Source of the DNA: Octopus sinensis
Lineage: Eukaryota
Length of the DNA stretch: 64,000 nucleotides
NCBI RefSeq assembly: GCF_006345805.1
Contig: NC_043014.1
Coordinates: 42,284,001-42,348,000 of the forward strand
Direction: 5' to 3'
A program made the position numbers and the translations under genes. Of this stretch, positions 38,593-50,686 are shown one piece after another. Each line of letters begins with the position of its first letter. Position 1 is the first letter of the stretch. The notes under the pieces were generated by a model. That model was not told the origin of the DNA and made no database searches. It saw only the letters and a list, made by a program, of their open reading frames with translations.

Positions 38593-38729
38593 AATAGACA
38601 TCTTCCACAAAGACTGTTTGAGAACAATCTGTGATTATTCACTAAAAGAGAGAGTATCTAATATTGACTTGCTTGGCAAGTGTACTTTTCTATGTTTGCA
38701 ATGGTTCATGTGAGACTATGTTGAAGCAA

Positions 38730-39140
38730 GGCGGCGAACTGGCAGACACGTTAGCGAGCCGGGCGAAATGCTTAGCGGTATTTCGTCTGTCGTTACGTTC
38801 TGAGTTCAAATTCCGCCGAGGTCGACTTTGCCTTTCATCCTTTCGGGGTCGATAAATTAAGTACCAGTTACGCACGGGGGTCGATATAATCGACTTAATC
38901 TGTTTGTCTGTCCCCTCTATTTTTAACCCCTTGTGGGTAGTAAAGAAATAGGTATTTCGTCTGTCGTTATATTCTGAGTTCAAATTCCGCCGAGGTCGAC
39001 TTTGCCTTTCATCCTTTCGGGGTCGATAAATAAAGTACCAGTTTCGCACTGGAGGGGGAGGCGATATAATCGACTCAATCCCTTCGTCTGTCCTTGTTTG
39101 TCCCCTCTTTGTTTAGCCCCTTCTGGGCAGTAAAGAAATA
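38730..39140 (+). mobile_element. SINE-B dimer (full unit plus headless unit)
   Basis: Junction AAAGAAATA|GGTATTTCG at 38950/38951. Confidence 0.9.
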
Positions 39141-39499
39141 TATGCTGAAGCAGAGATTTTTTACAGCTGGATGCCTTTCCTGTTGCCAACTCTCGCCTGT
39201 TTCCAAGAAAGATTTATTGAACAACAAATAGCTTGGACTTGGTTACCTGGAGAATGAGAACCGTATTATTCATTGCATGAGCATTTTGTTTTAACAAAAA
39301 TTATGCTACATGCACTATGACCACCAGTAACCCCCATCACTAGTGCCACCAGCACCATCAACAACAAATGAAATCTACCCCATTGTAAATCCTGTTAATG
39401 ACTCTTACTCACCTTACCTTATCCTCTTCTACCTTATGATAGGAAGCCTTGTTATGGATGGTGGTGGGGGATATCAAGTCAGAATAAACACATATGACT

Positions 39500-39915
39500 G
39501 ACCAGCAATTCCAGAGAGGGGAAAAGAGAAAGAGCACAAAGAGGAGGGGGAAAGTGAGGAGGTGGAGTAGAGAAAGAGGGGATGCAGAGGAGGGGAAGAA
39601 AAATGAGATTGGAAGGATGAGGAGAAGGAGAGTGGGGGGGAAGTGGAGTGGAGAAAAAGGAGGAGGTGGAGAGGAGGAGAAATGGGATTGAGGGGAGGAG
39701 ATGGAGAGCAGGAGTGGAAGTGTGGGCAGAAGGAAGAAGGGAAGGGGAGAAGATGAACGGGGGGGGGTGGAGGGGACAAGGGAGTGGTGGGGAGTAGGAG
39801 AGGATGGGTGAGAATGAGGGAGAAGAGGGAAGGAGGGGGAAGGGAGGAAGAGGTTAAGAGGAAGGGTAAGGGGTAGAAGAAGAAGAAGAAGAAGAAGAAG
39901 AAGAAGAAGAAGATG
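39500..39915 (+). repeat. Strand-asymmetric purine-rich (GGA/GA/GAA) tract
   Basis: Very few pyrimidines on the plus strand for about 400 bp. Confidence 0.85.
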
Positions 39916-40497
39916 ATGATGATTGATTCTGAAAAATCCAGGGCTTTACCATGTTACTGAATCCTTTGCACAAGTTACCTGTTGTCAGAAATAACAAAAT
40001 ATTGTTCTCTAGTGTTTTTAGATTGTTCATTTGAAAGTTTGTTTAGGTCCTGCTTATCAGGATCAGAATAATTAAAAGATGCCAAAAAAAAAAAAAAAAA
40101 AAATGAAAAAGAAAGAAAGAAATGACAATAATGAAAAATATAAAACCCCACCAATAATGTATAGGAATAAGGGCAGTCAAGAAGTTTGTTGTAGACATGA
40201 TGATGTACATGTGAAGGGGGGGGGCAAAAAAAGGGTGTTTAACATTTTAATCCAACAGGATTAAGTATAAATGCGAATGAATAAAAAAAAGATGGATTTT
40301 TTTTTTTATCAAACTACACAACACAATCAGTTTGATGACACCCTGAGAAAAACAAACTGTAACATCTGGTAAAATGAATGTAAAGTGGGGGGGAAAAAAA
40401 AAACCTTGCTTTTTGTTCTAGTGTTGTTGTTGCTGTTGTTGTCAGATACTAGAGTTTGTGGGTCTGAATAAAGAGAATTGTGTGTTGTATACATATA

Positions 40498-40568
<71 letters not shown>

Positions 40569-40663
40569 ACGGAAGCTTTATGAAAATAAACAAAAGACGA
40601 AGGCAGTGGAAAACAAACGAACAATTGTATTAGTATGTCGCTCAGGAATATAAATAAAACAAG

Positions 40664-40700
40664 TCTTTACGTTTCGAGCCTACGCTCTTCAACAGAAAGA
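40664..40700 (-). ncRNA. Minimal hammerhead-like motif (A6U core) within PLE-type element about 40568-40775
   Basis: TCTTT CTGTTGA A GAGC-GTAG-GCTC GAAAC GTA AAGA. Confidence 0.5.
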
Positions 40701-40913
40701 TACACGAGAGAGAAAAACACAGAAAGAAGGAGAGAAAAAAAATGCGTGCAGTAGCTAACGAATCAACATGGCGATCTGAAAGAAAGAAAGAAATGACAAT
40801 ATGCTACATATATATATATATAATGCTACATAATATATATATAAATATGCTATATATATATATATATATTATATATTATATATATATATATATTATATAT
40901 ATATTATATATAT

Positions 40914-40957
<44 letters not shown>

Positions 40958-40959
<2 letters not shown>

Positions 40960-41278
40960 GAGTGCAATGGCCCAGTGGTTAGGGCAGCGGACTTGCGGTC
41001 GTATGATCGCGGTTTCGATTCCCAAACTGGGTGTTGTGTGTGTTTATTGAGCGAAAACACCTAAAGCTCCACGAGGCTCCGGCAGGGGTTGGTGGTGGTT
41101 CCTGCCGTACTCTTTTGCCACAACTTTCTCTCACTCTTTCTTCTGTTGGCCTGCTCGCTTAGCCAGTGGGGTGGCGTCATTTGAAGGCGAAAACAATGCA
41201 AAGCGCATTGTGACTAGCAATGTGTAGCAACATCTGAGAGTCTGGTCGGTCACAGTGATCACTGTGATATAGATAGAT
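40958..41278 (+). mobile_element. SINE-C with tail type 3
   Basis: Shared head and body, then TTAGCCAGTGGGGTGGCGTC...GTGATCACTGTGAT. Confidence 0.75.
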
Positions 41279-41279
41279 A

Positions 41280-42075
41280 TGAGGTGATCAAACATGACCT
41301 TCGGACATAGGGCCTCACAGAGGCTATGACGAAAGACCGAGACCTCTGGAGATATGCTGTGACTGTGAAGATCCGACAAATGAATTGAGTTCATAGCTCG
41401 CAGGACGGCCTGCTGTTCTAACCTTGGATCGTAGGGTGATCCACTGTGCTTGCGGAGACCTATTGAATCAAGTACATCAACATCAAAATAAAAATCAAAT
41501 GGATATTGTAGTTGTGATACCCGTGCCGGTGGCACATTGGACCTCACAGAGGCAATGACGAAAGACTGAGACCTCTGTGATATGCTGTGACTGTGAAAAC
41601 CTGACAAATGAAGTGAGTTCATGGCTCGCAGGACGACCCGCTGTGCTAACCTTGGATCGTAGAGTGATCCACTGTGCTTGAGGAGACCTATTGAGTCAAG
41701 TACGTCAACATCAACATCAAAATAAAAATCAAATGGAAATTGTAGTTAAGATACCTGTGCTGGTGGCACGTAAAAAGCACCATCCGAACGTGGCTGATGC
41801 CAGCGTCGCCTTGACTGGCGTCCGTGTTGGTGATACGTAAAAAGCACCAACCGATCGTGGCCATTTGCCAGCCTCCTCTGGCCCCTGTGCCAGTGGCATG
41901 TAAAAAGCACCCACTACACTCACGGAGTGGTTGGCGTTAGGAAGGGCATCCAGCTGTAGAAACGCTGACAGATCAGACTGGAGCCTGGCACAGCCTCCTG
42001 ACTTCCCAGGCCCCAGTCGAACCGTCCAACCCATAATAGCATGGAAAGTGGACGTTAAACAATGATGATGATGAT
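41280..42075 (+). mobile_element. RTE LINE 3' end with ~235-bp internal duplication
   Basis: EVIKHDLRT*GLTEAMTKDRDLWRYAV; CCTCACAGAGGC recurs at about 41312 and 41542; (GAT)n tail. Confidence 0.8.
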
Positions 42076-42180
42076 GTATATATATCTATATCTATCGATA
42101 TATATTTATGTACATATACATGTGTATGCATGAATGTGTGTGTTGCCTCCTATATATATATATATATATATATATAATAA

Positions 42181-42495
42181 ATATTAGGGAATAAATCCAA
42201 ATTTACAGGGAAAAATTCAGATTTAGGATTAAATCCAATTTTATAGTAAAATATTATATAATATTAATTCGAGACAAAACCACTATTTTGCAAAACAAAC
42301 AAGGAAAGACTTAATCAATACATATATTAAAACAGATTAGGAGATCGAAAATCCACCTGACGAATGTCATTGAAGACATGAAACGATTGTAATGGCGGTT
42401 TATTTCTTTATATTAAAAATTTTTATGTATTGATTAAGTCTTTCCTTGTTTGTTTTGCAAAATAGTGGTTTTGTCTCGAATTAATATTATATATT
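42181..42495. mobile_element. PLE-type terminal repeat in inverted arrangement flanked by (TA)n
   Basis: About 42250-42325 is the reverse complement of about 42420-42495; hammerhead in the spacer; start related to 54105-54210 and, inverted, to about 4780-4845. Confidence 0.65.
42353..42395 (+). ncRNA. Type I hammerhead ribozyme motif, canonical core
   Basis: CCAC CTGACGA ATGTC-ATTGAA-GACAT GAAAC GATT GTA ATGG; predicted cleavage after A42391; one A.C mismatch at the base of stem I. Confidence 0.7.
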
Positions 42496-42894
42496 ATATA
42501 TATATATATATATAGATATATGTACATATATCTATATCTATCTATATTCATTTATGTATATATACATATGTGTGTGTGTATGTATATGCAGAATTTGTAT
42601 GGCCAGGTACCCTTTCTATTGCTCAACCCCAAACCTCCACTTTTTTTTTTTAGTAACGTAATATTCCCTCTTTGTCAGACATTTTCACTGAAGACTGGAA
42701 ATGAATGATGTAGCTTGTACAACTGTGATACTCACAGCTATCAAATAACAACAACAACAACATCGTCATCGTTGTCGTCATCATCATCATCATCATCATC
42801 AGGTTGGTTGAGTCATCATAGATTGAGTCAGATCTTATTTGGAGCTGGCCTCGCTTGTACACTATCTCATTCATATGCTATATATATATATATA

Positions 42895-43100
42895 TATCAT
42901 CATCGTTTAACATCTGCTTTCCATGCTAGCATGGGTTGGACGATTAGACTGAGGACTGGTGAACCAGATGGCTGCACCAGGCTCCAATCTTGATCCGGCA
43001 GAGTTTCTTCAGCTGGATGCCCTTCCTAACACCAATCACTCCGAGAGTGTAGTGGGTGCTTTTTATGTGCTATCGGCACAGGGGCCAGTGAGGCAGTACT
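42895..43100 (-). mobile_element. RTE-tail family copy
   Basis: (CAT)n GTTTAACATCTGCTTTCCATGCTAGC... Confidence 0.8.
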
Positions 43101-43218
43101 GGCATATATATATATATATATATATATATAGGGAAAATTCATAAAAAAACAAAAGACGAAGACAGGTAGTGTAAACAACAAACAGATGTATTAATATAGC
43201 GCTCAGAAAGTGAAAAAT

Positions 43219-43256
43219 TCTTTAACGTTTCGAGCTTATGCTCTTCCACAGAAAGG
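43219..43256 (-). ncRNA. Minimal hammerhead-like motif (A6U core) within PLE-type element about 43127-43350
   Basis: CCTTT CTGTGGA A GAGC-ATAA-GCTC GAAAC GTT AAAGA. Confidence 0.5.
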
Positions 43257-43435
43257 AACATAGAAAGAAACAAGGAAAGAAAATAATGAAAGAAAATAAA
43301 GAGAGAATATAAAGAGAGAACATAAAGAATGTGTAGTGGCTAGCAATATATATATATATGTATATATATTTATTTATATATAAATATATTTTCAGGATTA
43401 TATAAAAAGGCAACAAATGGAAAATATGATGTACC

Positions 43436-43485
<50 letters not shown>

Positions 43486-44229
43486 TAATTCAAAAAATGT
43501 GTAGTAAATAAACAAACATATACTAAATATACAGGCAAACAGGAAGGTCACCAATTCTTCATCATTTACTGGTGGCCAGAGGGCCAAATGCAATTTTAGC
43601 CATTATTGATAATATTGCTTTCACTCTGGAGGCCCTGGCAAGAAACTTGGGTGGGAGTAGGACATGTGTGTGCATGTCCTTGTGTCTATGTTTGTGTGCC
43701 CCCAATCCCCCGCCACTGTCTGACAATTGGCTTTCATTAGTTTCTGTCTCCATAACTTAGCAGTTCAGCAAAAGAGACCGTTATAACAAGTGTCAGACTC
43801 AAAAAGTAAGTACTGGAGCGGGTTGGGGTGGGGTGGAGGGGGGTGATCTGTTCTACTAAAACCCTTCAAGGTGGTGCCCCAGCATGGCCTTAGTTGAATG
43901 GCTGAAACAAGTAGAAGGTAAAAGACAACAGAAGTACCAGGATGGTTGGGAGAGAAGGGAATGAAAGAACGACAGTTGAAGGAGAGTGAATTGGGATGGG
44001 TTGGGGTCAGGGTTAGGGTTAGAGGGAGTGAGAGAGGGATGGACAGAAATAAAGAGGTGGGTAATGGTAAGAGTAGATGATGGATGGTCATATTAAATAG
44101 ACTAGAAGAGATGTAAGGGGATAGCAAAAAAAGAAAAAGGTCAAAGGTTTCCTGAGCCATAGGTTCATAATAAGGCCAGTTTCCTGGAAATCTGTGGCAT
44201 ATACAAGGTGGTTTTAAAAAGTTCCCAGA

Positions 44230-44644
44230 CTCTCTTTTCTTTACTCTTTTTTACTTGTTTCAGTCATTTGACTGCGGCCATGCTGGAGCACCGCCTTTAA
44301 TCGAGCAACTCGACCCCAGGACTTATTCTTTTTGTAAGCCCAGTACTTATTATATCGGTCTCTTTTGCCGAACCGCTAGGTGACAGGGACGTAAACATAC
44401 CAGCATCGGTTGTCAAGCAATGCTAGGGGGACAAACACAGATACACAAACACACACACACGCATATATATATACATATATACGACAGGCTTCTTCCAGTT
44501 TCTGTCTACCAAATCCACTCACAAGGCATTGGTTGGCCCGAGGCTATAGCAGAAGACACTTGCCCAAGATGCCACGCAGTGGGACTGAACCCGAACCATG
44601 TGGTTGGTAAACAAGCTACTTACCACACAGCCACTCCTGCGCCT
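44230..44644 (-). mobile_element. SINE-A
   Basis: Full family structure. Confidence 0.9.
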
Positions 44645-44659
44645 AGTCATGTTTGATAA

Positions 44660-45497
44660 AAAATAACTTATTCACCAATGTTTTAACATCATCTCCTTCA
44701 AAATAGTCGAATTGTGCAACAATACACCAGTCTCAGTGTTCTTGCCACTTTTGGAATCCGGCCTGGAAGTCGTTTTCTGTAAGTGGGTCAAGGACCTTCT
44801 GTGATTCACTCTGGATCTCAGCAATGGTGTTAAAACAGTGATCTTTGAGCTGCATTTTCATCTTGGAGAAGAGATGGAAGTCTGCAGGTGTAAAATCTGG
44901 TGAATATGGCGGGTGCAGAAGTGATACCTATTTCTTTATTACCCACAAGGGACTAAACACAGAGGGACAAACAAGGACAGACATAGGTGTTAAGTCGATT
45001 ACATCGACCCCAGTGCGTAACTGGTACTTAATTTATCGACCCCGAAAGGATGAAAGGTAAAGTCGACCTTGGTGGAATTTGAACTCACAACGTAACAGCA
45101 GATGAAATACCGCTAAGCACTTTGCCCGGTGTGCTAACGATTCTGCCAGCACGGTGCAGAAGTGATACCGTGTTGTTTTTGGTGAGAAACTGATGAGTGA
45201 GGAAAGCTCAGTGAAGAATCCACTTCTTTGCATTCTACAGATCCAGTCGCTTTCATTAAATGTCCTTAGATGCTTCAAGATATCACAGGAGAACTCTTGG
45301 TTGACAGTCTGGTCTTGGGGGACGAATTCTCAATGCACAATACCACAGATGCCAAAAACAACCATGAACATTCTTTTGATTGAGCTGCAGTTCTCTCATG
45401 TCTTTCGAAGCACCCATGCCACTCAAAACATTGCACACAACCCATTGCCTCCTTGCCATAAGCCTGCCATAAGTTGCCAAAGCATGCACAACGCAAA
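44660..45497 (-). pseudogene. Internally deleted mariner transposase pseudogene interrupted by SINE-B
   Basis: QAYGKEAMG..QCFEWH (HTH-like region), then LLHPPYSPDFTPADFHLFSKMKMQLKD...DYFEGD. Confidence 0.88.
44929..45150 (-). mobile_element. SINE-B, 17-bp TSD GGTGCAGAAGTGATACC
   Basis: TSD at 44912-44928 and 45153-45169. Confidence 0.9.
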
Positions 45498-45755
45498 CGA
45501 CGCCCTGGAGCAGGAGTGAAGAACAGCTCTTTCGAGAGGTTACACTTTCCACTTATGATGTTGTGAGCAAGAATGAGATCACCACGGCGTCGTCGTTTTT
45601 CTAGAGAATAGAGGTCGAGCGTCTTCAGCTTGGCAGAAGGTGAACACTAAAAGGTTAAAGGTTAATTCTAGAAAACATTGTGTGCAGTGTTCGGACTATC
45701 AAATTTATTCAGGTAAACACATCCATATTCTGAATTTTACTTAATAAAACTGATA
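45498..45755. repeat. Dispersed duplicate of the CR1 / MITE-P2 end / flank junction at 51512-52101
   Basis: 45565-45755 matches 51512-51649 plus 52053-52101. Confidence 0.85.
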
Positions 45756-45999
45756 TAAGTTTTATGCAAAATTTCACGTTAGTTCTTTCTTCCTGTCCAT
45801 GACAAAAACCATAGACTACAGCTTGTGTGTAATCACAAAAAAACAAAACAAATTTCAATAATAAATCTCTGAGCGAAGTATAAACAGTAACTGCACTATT
45901 ACTGTTTATACCTCATTCAGAGATTTATTATTGCTTGTATACACTTTTTCGAGATCAGTGACGTAGAGTTACTGGAAAAAGTATAATATCATTTGCATT

Positions 46000-46401
46000 G
46001 GGAACTTCTTTTCATCGAAAACCGGTGATTGTCGCACACCGATGACGTGTCAAAACCCAGAAACTGCAGTCCATGCGTATCACTTAGGTTGACGAGGGAA
46101 GGACGACCTCCCTTTGCAAATATCATAAGGGCACAGAAAGTGTGCCTAAAGCCAGCTGGAGACGATGTTCTCCTGGGGCTACAAGCTACAGTAACACCCA
46201 CCCTTGGTGGTTAGCCGTATTGAGATGGCAAGTATACCCAACAAAACAAATTTCACACAACTTGCAAAGTAAACACCACAATGTCACTCAGCACACGGCC
46301 TCATGAAAGTCACTGCTAGCTCTCACTGCACATGCAACTGTGTGCTGCCATCTATTGGTGCGCTACAGAAAAATGCGGATTATACTCGAGGATTTACGGT
46401 A
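46000..46401. mobile_element. Probable Tc1/pogo-type DNA transposon relic
   Basis: Terminal TGCGGATTATACTCGAGGATTTACGGTA resembles pogo-type TIRs (recalled); partner TIR not seen. Confidence 0.35.
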
Positions 46402-46629
46402 GTTAATTATGTGATAAAACCCATTCCATGATTTCATGTATGTATCAGTGTTGATACTAGGAAATGTAAATGAGTGTGAAACACCATTAGATACAGAAGT
46501 GATGTAATAAATGACTAGTCATGTGATGTGTGATGTCACAAGATTGCTTGTTATCTGCCAAGTGACTTTACAAGATTTGGTGGTGGTGGTGGTAGTGGTA
46601 GTGGTGATTTATCAGTAATGATTTCTGCT

Positions 46630-47250
46630 TATCATGGCCTCCATGCCGGTGGCATGTAAAAAGCACCATCTGATCGTGGCCGTTTGCCAGCCTCGCCTAG
46701 CCTCCGTGTTGGTGGTACGTAAAAAGCACCATCCGATCGTGGCCATTTGCTAGCCTCGCCTAGCCTCTGTGCTGGTGGCATGTAAAAAGCACCATCCGAT
46801 CGTGGCCGTTGCCAGCCTCGCCTAGCCTCCGTGCTGGTGGAACGTAAAAAGCACCATCCGATCATGGCCGTTGCCAGCCTCGCCTAGCCTCCATGCTGGT
46901 GGCACATAAAAAGCACCATCCGATCGTGGCTGTTGCCAGCCTCGCCTAGCCTCCGTGCTGGTGGCACATAAAAAGCACCATCCGATCGTGGCCGTTGCCA
47001 GCCTGGTGGCACGTAAAAAGCACCATCTGATTGTGGCCGTTTGCCAGCCTCGCCTAGCCTCCGTGCTGGTGCCACGTAAAAAGCACCCACTACACTCATG
47101 GAGTGGTTGGCGTTAGGAAGGGCATCCAGCCGTAGAAACATTGCCAGATCAGACTGGGCCTGATGCAGCCTTCTGGCTTCCCAGACCCCAGTTGAACTGT
47201 CCAACCCATGCCAGCATGGAAAGCAGACGCTAAACGATGATGATGATGAG
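46630..47250 (+). mobile_element. RTE-tail copy with about 7 tandem ~62-bp units
   Basis: TAAAAAGCACCATCCGATCGTGGCCGTTGCCAGCCTCGCCTAGCCTCCGTGCTGGTGG repeated. Confidence 0.9.
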
Positions 47251-47368
47251 ATAGACATTAGCTCTGATCTGATGTGTTTGGATAGAGGTAACACATATGG
47301 AACAAGGGAACAAGAATTAAGAAAAGGCACTACAATTAACACTGGATGTAGTATTAAACTTCAGGAAT

Positions 47369-47774
47369 AGGCGCAGGAGTGGCTGTGTGGTAAGTAGCTT
47401 GATAACCAACCACATGGTTCTGGGTTCAATCCCACTGCGTGGCATCTTGGGTAAGTGTCTTCTGCTATAGCCCACGGCCGACCAATGCCTTGTGAGCGGA
47501 TTTGGTAGACAGAAACTGAAAGAAGCCTGTCGTATATATTTATATATATATATATATATGTATGTATGTGTGTCTGTGTTTGTCCCCCTAGCATTGCTTG
47601 ACAACCGATGCTGGTGTGTTTATGTCCCCGTCACTTAGCGGTTCGGCAAAAGAGACTGATAGAATAAGTACTGGGCTTACAAAGAATAAGTCCCGGGGTC
47701 AATTTGCTCGACTAAAGGCGTTGCTCCAGCATGGCCGCAGTCAAATGACTGAAACAAGTAAAAGAGTAAAGAGT
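47369..47774 (+). mobile_element. SINE-A
   Basis: Full family structure. Confidence 0.9.
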
Positions 47775-47957
47775 AATGGTACAAAGAAATACAACCTCTG
47801 TTTAAAGAAAAATTTCCACAAAAACATACCATCCAACACTGAGCTTAAGATATGAAGAGCTAATATCTTCTAATGTACTGCATTTTTGGCATGTGAGTAT
47901 CAGTGTTGATACTAGGAAATGTTAATGAGTGTGAAACACCATAAGATACAGAAATGC

Positions 47958-48140
47958 TCAGAATTGTCAGTGGCAAGAGAGGAAGAGGCCGACCAAGAAC
48001 CCGCTGGCTTGACACCATCAAGAGTGATACCGGAATGGACATGGCCAATCTGAAAGAAGCGGCCCAGGATAGAACTGACTGGAGGACACTGATCCATTGA
48101 GTAACCAAGAGTCGACTTCGACTGAGCGGATAGATAGATA
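47958..48140 (+). pseudogene. RTE/BovB-like LINE extreme 3' end with (GATA)n tail
   Basis: Hand translation: GKRGRGRPRTRWLDTIKSDTGM..LKEAAQDRTDWRTLIH*VTKSRLRLSG*. Confidence 0.8.
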
Positions 48141-48777
48141 GAGTTGAATTTTTCAGATAATATTTACAGCCAAAAATGGTGGGTCAGTTTTGGAGGGCCT
48201 AGAATTTCATGTAAAAATGCAGCAGGATTTGTAAAGATAGTGATGATGTTTGAATATTTACATTACATCATCATCATCATCATCATCATTTAACGCTCGT
48301 TTTCCATGTTGCCATGGGTTAGACGGTTCGACTGGAACTGGTAATCCGGAGAGCTGCAGTAAGCTCCAGTCTGAGTTGGCATGGTTACTATGGCTGGATA
48401 CCCTTCCTAATGCCAAAAACTCCAAGAGTGTAATGGGTGCTTTTATGTACCATTAGCATGGGTTCCATTTACATAGCACTGGCAGTGACCACAACTATGA
48501 TTCACAGGTACCTCTTACATGGTATCAGCAATGACCATGAGTGTCATAATGATTCATGGGTGTCATAAATATGGTACTGGCAATGACCATGAGTCTGTGT
48601 CACAGGTGCCATTTACATGGTACTAGCAATGACCACAACAGCGACTATGATTCATGGGTGCCATTTACAAGGTACCAGCAACAGCCCACCTCTGATTTCA
48701 CAGATACTATTTATACGGCACTGACAATATACAGAACTGACTTGAATGCCAAAAATTACAGTAGGCAGAAATTTTTA

Positions 48778-49480
48778 CTGGCGAGCTGGCAGAAATGTTA
48801 GCACACCAGGTGAAATTCTTAGCGGTATTTCGTCTAACGTTACGTTCTGAGTTCAAATTCCGCCGAGGTCGACTTAGCCCGTCATCCTTTTGGGGGTTGA
48901 TAAATTAAGTACCAGTTATGCACTGGGGTTGATGTAATCAACTTAATCCCTATTTAATTTATCGACCCCAAAAGGACGAAAGGCCAAGTTGACCTCAGTG
49001 GAATTTGAACTGAGAACAAAGACAGATGAAATACTGCTAAGCATTTCGCCTGGCATGCTAATGTTTCTCATTTCTTTACTGCTCGCAAGGGTCTAAACAT
49101 AGAGGGGACAAACAAGGATAGACAAAGGGATTAAATCGATTACATCGACCCCAGTGCATAACTGGTACTTAATTTATCGACCCCGAAAGGATGAAAGGCA
49201 AAGTCGACCTCGGCAGAATTTGAACTCAGAACGTAACGACAGATGAAATACCTATTTCTTTACTACCCACAAGGGGCTAAACACAGAGGGGACAAACAAG
49301 GACAGACAAACGGATTAAGTCGATTACATCAACTCCAGTGCATAACTGGTGCTTATTTAATCGACCCCAAAAGGATGAAAGGCAAAGTCGACCATGGCAG
49401 AATTTGAACTCAGAATGTAACAGCAGACGAAATACCGCTAAGCATTTCGCCCGGCATGCTAACATTTCTGCCAGGTCGCC
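48778..49480. mobile_element. SINE-B cluster: one plus copy followed by minus-strand fragment and dimer
   Basis: Orientation switch at about 48950; dimer junction at 49252/49253. Confidence 0.85.
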
Positions 49481-49968
49481 ACCTTTGAGCAAGGTATATT
49501 GCCAAAAGTCTCTGTCACCTGTCGCTGCCTCTGTGAGGCTCAAAGTTCACACGGTGCTTATTACGTGCTGTCGACCCATCGACATAGGTGCCAGTACATG
49601 ACACTGGCATTGGCCATGACTGTAATTTCAGCTTGGCTGAAAATCATACTCATGGCCGTAATTACTTAGTTTCTCTTTCATGCACATACATGTATATAAA
49701 AAATACAAATGTTATCAGTTGTGTATTTTTTTTTTGTTAGCAATACTGATGCATTTAAGGCACTTAGTGTATGTTGATTTATACAAATACTGTCACAGCC
49801 AGTAATTCTTGGTCTCCGCTGCACAAATACAGAATAACTTCTACTTAGACATTATTTCAAATCTGTCTTTTTTTTTCTTCTTTTATTTGTTTTATTCATT
49901 CTACTGTTGCCAGACTGTAGCAACACCTTGGTGGGGGTGGGAGGTGGCATTATTTAAACCAATTTTTA

Positions 49969-50368
49969 GGCGGCGAGCTGGCAGAAATGTTAGCACACCG
50001 GGCGAAATGCTTAGCAGTATTTCGTCTGCCACTACGTTCTGAGTTCAAATTCTGCCAAGGTCAACTTTGCCTTTCATCCTTTTGGGGACGATTAAATAAG
50101 TACCAGTTACGCATTGGGGGTCGATATAATTGACTTAATCCATTTGTCTGTCCTTGTTTGTCCCCTCTGTGTTTAGCCCCTTGTGGGTAGTAAAGAAATA
50201 GGTATTTCGTCTGCCATTACGTTCTGAGTTCAACTTTGCCTTTCATCCTTTTGGGGTCAATTAAATAAGTACCAGTTATGCACTGGGGTCGATATAATTG
50301 ACTTAATCCATTTGTCTGTCCTTATTTGTCCCCTCTGTGTTTAGCCCCTTGTGGGCAGTAAAGAAATA
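49969..50368 (+). mobile_element. SINE-B dimer
   Basis: Junction AAAGAAATA|GGTATTTCG at 50200/50201. Confidence 0.9.
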
Positions 50369-50686
50369 AGTTATTTAAATCAATTGACCCCCAGGACTTA
50401 TTTTTAAGTCAGGTCTTTATTATGTCAATCACCTTTTGCTGAACTACTAGGTGATGGGTGTGTTTACAAATTGACACCAGCAACAGCAACAACAATAACT
50501 GCAACACCAACTTCATCATCAACAACTCTTTAAGTATTGCGGTATCAAATTGTATGAAGGAGACACCTTATCGGCAAAAGATCAAAGTTTCCTATACCTG
50601 AAAGAAGAACCAATAATTCTAACAGCCACTCCACTACCAACACCACCACCACCACCGCCACTGCCACACTCACCTGTACTAATTAA

